DNA of 63,851 bases, the filler included, from Deltaproteobacteria bacterium (lineage in GTDB: Bacteria; CG2-30-53-67), in assembly GCA_013151235.1 (NCBI GenBank). It is 6 parts of 6 records of this genome, joined end to end, with 100 filler letters (N's around TTAATTAATTAA, not from the genome) between each part and the next. Parts side by side here need not be neighbours in the genome. Positions count along the whole stretch, not along the records: positions 51,948 to 61,586 come from JAADIO010000054.1; positions 61,687 to 63,851 come from JAADIO010000032.1; 4 more parts are not named here. The stretch is one strand, 5' to 3'. A program made the translations under genes and the position numbers. How positions within the stretch are numbered: position 1 is the first letter of the stretch; each line of letters starts with the position of its first letter. The notes beneath the pieces are model-generated. The model ran no database searches and had not been told where the DNA came from. It worked only from the letters and a program-made list of their open reading frames with translations. Below are positions 53,625 to 63,851 of the stretch, one piece after another.

Positions 53625-54491
53625 ATGAAAACGAAGAGCTTGGGACGGGGAATGGAAGAGATTTCCCATATCTTTCTCTCTTCGGAACCGGCGACAGTTT
53701 CACGTAAAAAATCACAGGAAACCCGAAAGATCGAAAAGCCGGCCGCTGACAATTCCCTCCGAATGACCCCGTCGATCGGAATCACCGGAAGCACCGATCG
53801 ATGGATCGGGACCTTTGCCCTCGTCAACATTTCCATTGAACTCGCCCGGCAGGGATACCGGGTCCTGGTGATCGACGAGGACCCCGGCCCCCTCAATGTA
53901 ATGCGCTCCATGGGATTGATCGATGTAGAAAACCCCGGCGAAATGATTCTGCACAATGCCCCCATGGGAGTACGCATCGCCTACCGAACCCCTTTCCTCA
54001 ACGACCTGGCGCTCTATAGTCGGCTTACCCGGGACGAAAAGAACTTTTCCTGGCCGGAACGTTACCGGCGGTTTGATTTTATCCTGTCCCATCTCCCGCA
54101 ACGAAATTACGAAGATTTCGGTCCTTTCCTGCGCCGGACCTCTCTTTGTATCGCGATCGGTTCCACGGAACCCGAGGGAATGCTTCAAACCTATGCCGCA
54201 ATTAAGGGCCTGAACCAGGCGGCACGGCAGATGAACTTTGGCCTCATCGTCTATGACTCGGTCGGCGTCATTCCCCCCGAAGAGGCATTTATAAAGATGG
54301 CCCGGAATGTTCGCAGGTTTCTTCACAAGGATCTCATAAGCTATTCCTTTATCCGGGACGACGCGGAAATTGCGGAATCGATGGAAACCGGTATGCCTCT
54401 CTCCCTGCAATCTCCGTCCTCCGAAGTGCGCCGTCAGTTATTCAGCATTGCCGGACTGATCATCGACGACTATGACAAGAAAACATCATGA
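53625..54491 (+). CDS. degenerate FlhG/MinD-like protein with N-terminal ParB-like LGRG peptide
   Basis: SLGRGMEEI; P-loop region GITGSTDRWIGT lacks KGGxGK; ELARQGYRVLVIDED, TEPE..QTYAAIK, RFL......I.DD. Confidence 0.7.
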   Translation: MKTKSLGRGMEEISHIFLSSEPATVSRKKSQETRKIEKPAADNSLRMTPSIGITGSTDRWIGTFALVNISIELARQGYRVLVIDEDPGPLNVMRSMGLIDVENPGEMILHNAPMGVRIAYRTPFLNDLALYSRLTRDEKNFSWPERYRRFDFILSHLPQRNYEDFGPFLRRTSLCIAIGSTEPEGMLQTYAAIKGLNQAARQMNFGLIVYDSVGVIPPEEAFIKMARNVRRFLHKDLISYSFIRDDAEIAESMETGMPLSLQSPSSEVRRQLFSIAGLIIDDYDKKTS

Positions 54492-55054
54492 CCTTCAGAA
54501 CCGTACCGTTGCAGAACAAAAAGAAATTAATCGAGCTGATTCGCACTTCCAGTTCTCTGCTGGAAGAAGGGATGGAAATTATTGACAGCGATATCGGCTC
54601 GGAAGAAATTCCCCTGATCGACCTGGTCGCCCGAAGGAGGAGCGGTGAGGCGCTCCTGATCCATACCGGAGTTACCGCGGATGAAAAAGCATTTCTCCAC
54701 GCCGCCGCCCAATCGGCATGGTTTCAGTCAAATCATACGCTCCTGAGAAGAATCTATCCCGAGTTGACGCTGGACAATCAGGTTCCCCCAAGGGCTGCCC
54801 TGATCTACCCGGAATTTCCTCATCTGATGAAGAGATTTGTCAGGGCAGCCCCCCCCTCCTTTGCTCCCATGCTTTTCCGGTACCGCTGTCTCGTCTCGGA
54901 GGATACACAATTTCTTTATCTGGAGCGGTTCGACAAACCTCGGGAGCAGATGCGCCTTTCCGAGGAGGACGCTTCGCTCCCCCCCTTTCGAACCGGAATC
55001 GCGGGAAAGGACGTGATGCTCAGCCCTGAAGAGAGGGAGGCATTCTTCTCCTGA
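54488..55054 (+). CDS. hypothetical protein, NucS-C/PD-(D/E)XK-like fold
   Basis: LEEGMEIID....IDLVA...G.ALLIH; ATGA overlap with the upstream gene. Confidence 0.6.
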   Translation: MTFRTVPLQNKKKLIELIRTSSSLLEEGMEIIDSDIGSEEIPLIDLVARRRSGEALLIHTGVTADEKAFLHAAAQSAWFQSNHTLLRRIYPELTLDNQVPPRAALIYPEFPHLMKRFVRAAPPSFAPMLFRYRCLVSEDTQFLYLERFDKPREQMRLSEEDASLPPFRTGIAGKDVMLSPEEREAFFS

Positions 55055-55100
55055 ACAGCCACCCGACCCCATGGATGATGAACATCACAAGACCGTCTTC

Positions 55101-55143
55101 AAAAAAAATCCCCCCGGTGGCAAAAAGCACCGGGGGGATTTTT
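55101..55143. terminator. bidirectional intrinsic terminator
   Basis: AAAATCCCCCCGGTG/CACCGGGGGGATTTT between convergent genes. Confidence 0.85.
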
Positions 55144-55166
55144 CGTATCTCTCGGAGGGGCTGGGC

Positions 55167-56822
<1,656 letters not shown>

Positions 56823-56863
56823 TCAATACCTCCTTGATAGTTTTCAGATCCTTGCAGGTATTA

Positions 56864-57121
56864 TTATTCAACAATACCCATCACATCTTCCAGTTTGACA
56901 ATCCCGTACTCCGTCCCATCGATCTTGATATTGTCCGGGGCATAGGTCTTGAACATGATCATATCCCCAACCTTGACCTCTTCCACCTCTTTGCCGATGG
57001 CCTCGACCTTCCCCTTCTGGGGCCGCTCTTTGGCCGATTCCGGAATAATAATCCCTCCGGCGGTCTTTTCTTCCTGATCCAGGTAGCTGACCAAAAGGCG
57101 ATCTTTCAATGGCTTTAGCAT
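56864..57121 (-). CDS. groES: co-chaperonin GroES (short form)
   Basis: [20 protein letters not shown]; 85 aa. Confidence 0.96.
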   Translation of the reverse strand: MLKPLKDRLLVSYLDQEEKTAGGIIIPESAKERPQKGKVEAIGKEVEEVKVGDMIMFKTYAPDNIKIDGTEYGIVKLEDVMGIVE

Positions 57122-57209
57122 TTCTTTTCTCCTTTCTGTTCATTAAGTGCCAAAAACCCCAAATAGAGCCCCCCATCCAGGCTGTCGAAAAACCTGAAAG
57201 ATTGTTATG

Positions 57210-57236
57210 TTAGCAGTCGTTACAGGGGAGTGCTAA
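57210..57236. promoter_or_regulatory. CIRCE (HrcA operator)
   Basis: TTAGCAGTC-N9-GAGTGCTAA upstream of groES. Confidence 0.92.
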
Positions 57237-57408
57237 TGAAGTTGAAATATACTCGTGAAAAACCGATTTGCAATCCCCCTTATGTGTTATTTAGCGCGCT
57301 CACACCAAAGATTCTCAAGTTTCCAACCATTTGTCCGATATGAAGTTCAGAAGGGCAACCCCATTACAAACATCGCTGTTGTGATTCCGCTTCCGGGAGG
57401 GAGGATCG

Positions 57409-58770
57409 ATGCAACTCAAGTCGAATCTGAAACTCAAATATTGTCCCATGCTGGACAGTTTTATCAAGATCCGTGAGTTTTCCCAGGAGGAAATCGACAT
57501 CTTTTCCAACCATACAGACATCCGGGATAAGCGATCTTATCAGGACCTGGTCATCCGGGAGACCATACCGGATTTCAATGAAAAAATCCTGAAACTGATC
57601 CACAACGACGGAGAGATCGGCTTCGACATGGAAGGAGCAATTGATGAACTCTACCGGATGTGCATCAAGGTCAACCCCGCCCTGAATATCTATAATATCA
57701 GCATTCCCGTACAGGAAGGGGGGACCCCTCAGCTCCACCTGCAGCCGGGAAGGAAGCGGGACGTAAGAAACCGGATCCAGGAGATTCGGGGGTTGGAAGA
57801 AACGTTAAAACGGCGAATCATCGGACAGGATGAAGCCATTCGTCGAATCGTTCAATCCATTCAGAGTGCGAAGATCGGAATCAAGGACCCCCACCGGCCT
57901 GTCGGCTGTTTTATCTTCGCCGGACAGACGGGGGTAGGTAAGACCGAACTGGCCAAGGCCGTCGCGGAGTGTCTCGTGGGGAGCGAAAAGGAGATGATTC
58001 GCGTCGACTGCTCCGAGTTCTCGCAACCCCATGAATACGCGAAGTTGATCGGGGCACCTCCGGGGTACGTCGGGTATGAAGATGGAGGCAGCCTGACCAC
58101 ACCACTCCTGAAGAATCCCGAAAACGTCGTCCTCTTCGATGAAATTGAGAAGGCCAACAGCAAGCTTCACAACCTGCTGCTCCAGATCATGGACGAAGGG
58201 GACCTCACCGACAACAAAGGAAGGAAGATCCCTTTTCATGATGCCGTGGTAATTCTGACGACGAATGTCGGTGTCGAAGGGTTGGACGCGATGAAAAACG
58301 CCGTCGGTTTTACAAAGGAAGAACAGCCCGGACGGAAGATCGTCGAACGGGAAACCCTGAAGGCACTGGAGAAGACCTTCCGGCCGGAATTTCTCAACCG
58401 CATCGATGAAATCATCTGTTTTCGTCCACTCGGGACCGAAAGTATCCGCAAGATCGTCAGGCTCTTGTTGTCCCGTCTGAAGAAAAATCTTTCGCAAATG
58501 AAAATTTCCATCCGTTTCACACAGGGAGTCATCGACTTCATCAGCCGGGAAGGGATGGATCCGCGCTACGGTGCCCGTCCGTTACAGCGGGCAATCAAAC
58601 AATATATTGAAGTCCCCCTGACGGAACGGATCCTCCATGCAAAAGAGGAATTCCCCATGAAGGTCGTAGCAAGGATTTCAGGCCGCCGGATTGTTTTTGT
58701 GGCGGATCGAACTCTCCCGGCAAACCGTGGGAACCATCGGATTCAGACCCTCTACCAGGAGACGGGATGA
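57409..58770 (+). CDS. Clp/Hsp100-type ATPase with a single D2 module and an unknown N-terminal domain
   Basis: IIGQDEAI, GQTGVGKT, KLIGAPPGYVGY, FDEIEKA, VGF loop, FRPEFLNRID, YGARPL. Confidence 0.85.
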   Translation: MQLKSNLKLKYCPMLDSFIKIREFSQEEIDIFSNHTDIRDKRSYQDLVIRETIPDFNEKILKLIHNDGEIGFDMEGAIDELYRMCIKVNPALNIYNISIPVQEGGTPQLHLQPGRKRDVRNRIQEIRGLEETLKRRIIGQDEAIRRIVQSIQSAKIGIKDPHRPVGCFIFAGQTGVGKTELAKAVAECLVGSEKEMIRVDCSEFSQPHEYAKLIGAPPGYVGYEDGGSLTTPLLKNPENVVLFDEIEKANSKLHNLLLQIMDEGDLTDNKGRKIPFHDAVVILTTNVGVEGLDAMKNAVGFTKEEQPGRKIVERETLKALEKTFRPEFLNRIDEIICFRPLGTESIRKIVRLLLSRLKKNLSQMKISIRFTQGVIDFISREGMDPRYGARPLQRAIKQYIEVPLTERILHAKEEFPMKVVARISGRRIVFVADRTLPANRGNHRIQTLYQETG

Positions 58771-59534
58771 ACTTTCCTTTCCTTGCATCAATAAAGAGTT
58801 TCCGCCGCCGGAGCAGGAAAGGTCCGACGACAACAGCCGGATTTTCCCTGATCGAAATCGTCATCGTCATCGCCGTCCTCTCGATTCTTGCAGGAATGAT
58901 GGTCCCGATGTCGGTCCATCTTATCGACCAGAGAAATGTGGAATCCACAAAAAAGGAAATGAGCGAGATCAAGGACGGGTTGCTGCACTACTATGAAGAT
59001 GTCTCTCCGAGTGCCTTTCCGGCGAATCTGGCAGACCTGGTCACCGCCCCCTTCGGGATCACCGGATGGAATGGCCCCTATTTCTCGGGATCCGCCTCCG
59101 AGGTACAGACCGACGCATGGGGGAACAACTACACCTACCGGGAATCCGGGAACTACGCCATCGTCATCAGCGGGGGGAATGACAAGAGTGTCGACTCCGG
59201 CTCCTACGACAATTTCCCTCCTTCCGACAGTCCGGCCGACAATTCCGACCTCGTCGTCAACGTGAACGGCAATCTCATCGCCGACAAGCTCAATGAGGAA
59301 AAGATCGAGGAGACGAAAGAGATCCTGAAGCTGGTCGCGGGAGATATCTACAACACGAACCCCACGACGGCGCCGACATCCTACACCCCAAGCCTTTCCG
59401 ATGCCTGGGGAAACACCATTCAGTACAACCGGATCAGCAACTACTCCGTCAAGATTTACAGCTACGGGCTTGACGGCGTGGACGATTCCGGAAGCAGCGA
59501 CGACATCTACTACTCCCTGATCTGGACTCCCTGA
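58767..59534 (+). CDS. GspG-like pseudopilin
   Basis: G|FSLIE prepilin site, WNGPY, two DAWGN motifs, SYG.DG...DDI. Confidence 0.8.
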   Translation: MNFPFLASIKSFRRRSRKGPTTTAGFSLIEIVIVIAVLSILAGMMVPMSVHLIDQRNVESTKKEMSEIKDGLLHYYEDVSPSAFPANLADLVTAPFGITGWNGPYFSGSASEVQTDAWGNNYTYRESGNYAIVISGGNDKSVDSGSYDNFPPSDSPADNSDLVVNVNGNLIADKLNEEKIEETKEILKLVAGDIYNTNPTTAPTSYTPSLSDAWGNTIQYNRISNYSVKIYSYGLDGVDDSGSSDDIYYSLIWTP

Positions 59535-59544
59535 AAAATCAAGA

Positions 59545-59931
59545 TCAAGCCGTCAGAATCACCTGGGCCACCGCATACTTGCGGATGTGGGAAAGGGAGA
59601 GGTAGGCATGAAAGACCCCGATCTTTTCAGCCTGCTCCCGAGTCTTTCCATGAAGGATCAGCTCCGGCTTTCCCGCCCCGGTACGGCACACCTCAATCTC
59701 GGGGAAGCTCACCCCCCTTCCCCATCCCATCCCGAGGGCTTTCATGGCCGCCTCCTTGGCGGCAAAACGGGCGGCATAATGTTCAAACCGGTTCTTTCTT
59801 GATTCACAGTACCGTACCTCCTGCTCCGTAAAAACCCGTACACGGAATCGCTCCGGATAGCGGGTCATCGCCTTTTCCATCCGGTCGACCTCCACCAGAT
59901 CGATCCCGATTCCGACAATTCCTTTCATCAC
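59545..59931 (-). CDS. acpS: holo-ACP synthase
   Basis: GIGIDLVE, ARFAAKEA.MKALG, G.P, SLSH. Confidence 0.96.
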   Translation of the reverse strand: MMKGIVGIGIDLVEVDRMEKAMTRYPERFRVRVFTEQEVRYCESRKNRFEHYAARFAAKEAAMKALGMGWGRGVSFPEIEVCRTGAGKPELILHGKTREQAEKIGVFHAYLSLSHIRKYAVAQVILTA

Positions 59932-59949
59932 TTCCGGTCCCTTTCCGCG

Positions 59950-59986
59950 AAAACAAAAATGCCGGCGGAGACCTTCCCGCCGGCAT
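59950..59986 (-). terminator. intrinsic terminator after gapA
   Basis: ATGCCGGCGG/CCGCCGGCAT stem plus T-rich tail on the minus strand. Confidence 0.65.
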
Positions 59987-60012
59987 GGATCATCACAAAC
60001 CTCCTCGCTCCC

Positions 60013-61029
<1,017 letters not shown>

Positions 61030-61122
61030 TTAATATGGATCAGATATTTATTTTGAAATAATGCATGTGAAGAGTGTCGACAGTTTACAAGAATCCTGAA
61101 AAAAGTCAACGGGTATTTGATC

Positions 61123-61152
61123 TTGACAAGGGTTTTTCCCCGATGCTATAGT
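61123..61152 (+). promoter_or_regulatory. sigma70 promoter of tRNA-Ala
   Basis: TTGACA-18-TATAGT with extended TG. Confidence 0.6.
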
Positions 61153-61170
61153 GCAACCTCAAATTTGCAG

Positions 61171-61224
<54 letters not shown>

Positions 61225-61246
<22 letters not shown>

Positions 61247-61586
61247 TTTTTCTTTTGCAACGATGTTGCGAAAGAAAAAGCCGCGGCACAGCCCGAAGGG
61301 CGAAGCCGGGCGGAAGCTTTGACCATTCGGTTGAAGCCTCTCTTTTTTGTTCACACACGGGATCGCACCGACATCATCATATCTGAGTCGTCGGTTGGCC
61401 TCCCCCGAAAAACCCCGGGGAAGGCCCAATGAAAGGAATGGACCATTCATCCCCCCTCCCCGGCCCCAAAACCCGGCCGGCGAGGGGACGCATTGTCGAT
61501 CCCGATCAGCTCCACCATTTTTCTTTTGCAACGATGTTGCGAAAGAAAAAGCCGCGGCACAGCCCGAAGGGCGAAGCCGGGCGGAA
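61225..61586 (+). repeat. 91-bp direct repeat (period 271) starting in the tRNA-Ala 3' end
   Basis: 61225-61315 equals 61496-61586; the second copy is cut by the contig end. Confidence 0.85.
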
Positions 61587-61686
61587 NNNNNNNNNNNNNN
61601 NNNNNNNNNNNNNNNNNNNNNNNNNNNNNNTTAATTAATTAANNNNNNNNNNNNNNNNNNNNNNNNNNNNNNNNNNNNNNNNNNNN
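61587..61686. other. artificial contig linker
   Basis: N run with TTAATTAATTAA. Confidence 0.98.
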
Positions 61687-62242
61687 TGGCCAGGGCCAAC
61701 AGCTGATAACCACGGAGTAAAAAGAGAACCAGAATCGCATTCTTGAGCAGAAGAGTGGAAATGGAAATCATGTTGAGCTTGAGAAATTCCTGCAATCCTC
61801 TTAAGGTTCCCAAGAATACCGAGCAAAGAAAACCGAAAGAAAGGTCAATTCCTACAATCATGAACACAATGTATAAGTAGGATTGCTTGAGCGCTGCGAT
61901 CCCGAACAGGTCCCTGAAAAAATAAGCGAATACTGATGCAACCAACAGGACCAGGATGCTGACTGCGGAGAAGAAAACGAACGATGTGTTATAAATTTCC
62001 CTTGCCTTACGGGTTTCGTTGTTTGCAACGTACATGGATATGAAGCGGACAATGGCACTGTTGACTCCAAAGTCAAGCACCGTGAAGTATCCTGTGAGTG
62101 AAACGATCAATACCCAAATGCCGTAATTTTCATTCCCCAATCGATGAACAAGAATGGGGCTAACAAAGAAAGAGACGACAATAAGGGTAATGAAGTTTGC
62201 CCAGTTGGAGAATATGTTGGTAATGATCTTTTTCTTGTTCAT
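61687..62242 (-). CDS. polysaccharide flippase (Wzx/MOP family), 3' truncated
   Basis: P.LV..LG...YG.W, LDFG...A.VRF, multiple TM. Confidence 0.85.
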
Positions 62243-62272
62243 GGTCCGGCTACGAATGTGGTGGGGGAAGGT

Positions 62273-63277
62273 TCAAACACAAAGACTCTTTTCGTTTTCC
62301 ACGGTATGTAAGAGCATTTTCAAGGAAAGCCGATCCATCGCGGAATGTTTTCCATAGGCGATCAGCTCACGCATGGATATTACTGCAAGTGTTATTTCCA
62401 ACAAAATTCTGAATGAACCACGGTCTATTTTGGTCATCGCGACATAACGGTCAAAAAGGTCAGCCAATGTTTCCGCATACACTCCACGCGAAAAAAAGGT
62501 TTGAACAAATGCGGTCGGTATATCCATGCTGCTATCTTTGTGGAGATGCAGGCAGTATCCAAGGTTGACCAGAAACCAAATGATGTCCATGGGGCTTGTC
62601 GATTGCGCTGCAGCGAACTCCCAGTCTATGATACCATTAATGCGGTTTTCCCTTTCGTCAACCAGAATGTTGGCTGGCCAGTAATCACCATGCAGGAAAA
62701 AACGTATGGGGTTTCTTCGGGATTGTTGCAAATAGTCTTGCAGTTCATTTATTTTCTTTTTACTGATTCCGGAATGAATGAATTCCCTTTCGAACCGGAA
62801 CAGGATATCAGCGGATGAAGGGTTGCCCATTGTATTCTTTGAATCGAGATGTGTTTTGGATGTATTGATTGCGGCAAGTAACTCTACGGATTGATTGAGT
62901 AAGCGTTCATTTTTCGGGGACATGCCTCTTTTCTTGATTAAACGGAATAAGTTCGTTCCGGGGAAGGCGCCCTGGAGGAAAAATACTTGTTGTCCGACCT
63001 CCCCGATGTAATAGGGAGTCGGAATATAGGTAGAGAGTGATTTGATGCTTGAACGGGATTTAAGTGCGGCGAATTCATTCTCCAATTTGAAACCATACTT
63101 GGAAGAGCGACATATCTTCATGACATATTCCGGATATCGGTTCCGGCCGGTAAAGATCAATATTACATCGTTTCCGTAGTCAGCAGTACAGGATGTGATG
63201 GGGGCGATATCCAGTGTGGTGGGCAACGTGGTCCCGGTATAGTTTTCCCAGTTTTTTTTGAGATGGTTTTTTAGCAA
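62273..63277 (-). CDS. aminoglycoside-phosphotransferase-like kinase
   Basis: VMKI, LHGDYWPANIL, IIDWE. Confidence 0.75.
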   Translation of the reverse strand: MLKNHLKKNWENYTGTTLPTTLDIAPITSCTADYGNDVILIFTGRNRYPEYVMKICRSSKYGFKLENEFAALKSRSSIKSLSTYIPTPYYIGEVGQQVFFLQGAFPGTNLFRLIKKRGMSPKNERLLNQSVELLAAINTSKTHLDSKNTMGNPSSADILFRFEREFIHSGISKKKINELQDYLQQSRRNPIRFFLHGDYWPANILVDERENRINGIIDWEFAAAQSTSPMDIIWFLVNLGYCLHLHKDSSMDIPTAFVQTFFSRGVYAETLADLFDRYVAMTKIDRGSFRILLEITLAVISMRELIAYGKHSAMDRLSLKMLLHTVENEKSLCV

Positions 63278-63296
63278 GGTGGCTTGTTTCTGTGTA

Positions 63297-63827
63297 TTAT
63301 GGTTGAGCCGTGATTACGAAATATTCATAAAGTTTACCGGATAATCGTGTGTGAATCATAACGTTCTTTATGATTTGTTTGAATTTTCCTGCAAAGGAAA
63401 AGTCTGTTTTCAGTCCAAGAATGTACTGCTCAATGGTTTCGTGATAATCTGTAGTTAACGGGGCGAGAGAGTAAAAATAATCGGGGTCCGCTCCATATAA
63501 CTCGATATCGGAAAATGAAAGTATTTCGAGTGTTTTTATTAGATAGGTTGCATCTTTTCTTGTCTGGGTAACAAGAAAAAGTGCTCCAAATGTTTCCGGT
63601 TGTATGTTTTTTATGATATCTGGGACCGCTTCCTGGAAAGAAGCCTTATGATCAATATTGAAGCCCAGGATCTTGCTTGAGGAAGGAGCCTTCTCTTCGG
63701 CGGGGTCAACTTCGGGGTTGATTATAGAATAGTGATGAACACTATTTTCTTTGAAGCTGTAGATTTCTGCCCGGTGCCATGAAACGCCAAAGAAAAGTAC
63801 TTTGATATGATTGAGAATATCGCGCAT
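63297..63827 (-). CDS. hypothetical protein
   Basis: 176-aa ORF co-directional with the kinase and flippase; no motif recognised. Confidence 0.6.
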   Translation of the reverse strand: MRDILNHIKVLFFGVSWHRAEIYSFKENSVHHYSIINPEVDPAEEKAPSSSKILGFNIDHKASFQEAVPDIIKNIQPETFGALFLVTQTRKDATYLIKTLEILSFSDIELYGADPDYFYSLAPLTTDYHETIEQYILGLKTDFSFAGKFKQIIKNVMIHTRLSGKLYEYFVITAQP

Positions 63828-63851
63828 GTAGGTTAATTTCGTTTCCCTTTC

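Overview
The window is not contiguous. It is six assembled pieces joined by 100-nt N/TTAATTAATTAA linkers (14148-14247, 28459-28558, 41915-42014, 51848-51947, 61587-~61686), plus one 10-N scaffold gap (39364-39373). The DNA is from a GC-rich bacterium. Gene content (sigma54 glnBA, PilZ of the TIGR02266 type, HEAT/HD-GYP pair, rnfAB, queH) suggests a deltaproteobacterial/Desulfobacterota-like or Nitrospirota-like draft genome; this is inference. Housekeeping genes: glnB-glnA, AsmA-like, cysteine desulfurase-hisA-hisF-hisE, secA, larC-cutA, yebC-ruvCAB-queH-queA, rnfAB, groES-groEL with CIRCE, gapA, acpS, tRNA-Asn and tRNA-Ala. Accessory content: mazEF, a sigma54 DsrE-TusA-SQR-DUF1641-like sulfur cluster, IS1182, IS256, an attC-linked HNH nuclease, an IrrE/PIN-type pair, several internally deleted pseudogenes and a polysaccharide-locus fragment. 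Best candidate for an undescribed system: a three-gene operon (52424-55054) encoding a ParA/Soj ATPase fused to a glycogen-binding CBM48-type domain, a catalytically dead FlhG/MinD-like protein that begins with a ParB-type LGRG peptide, and a NucS-like protein. An NrdR-like box sits upstream. It may be a glycogen-granule positioning system. Second candidate: a modular REP-containing MITE family with 6-7 bp target duplications that appears to be targeted site-specifically by two related IS110/IS1111-like elements. All family assignments come from motif recognition by eye; no database searches were run.
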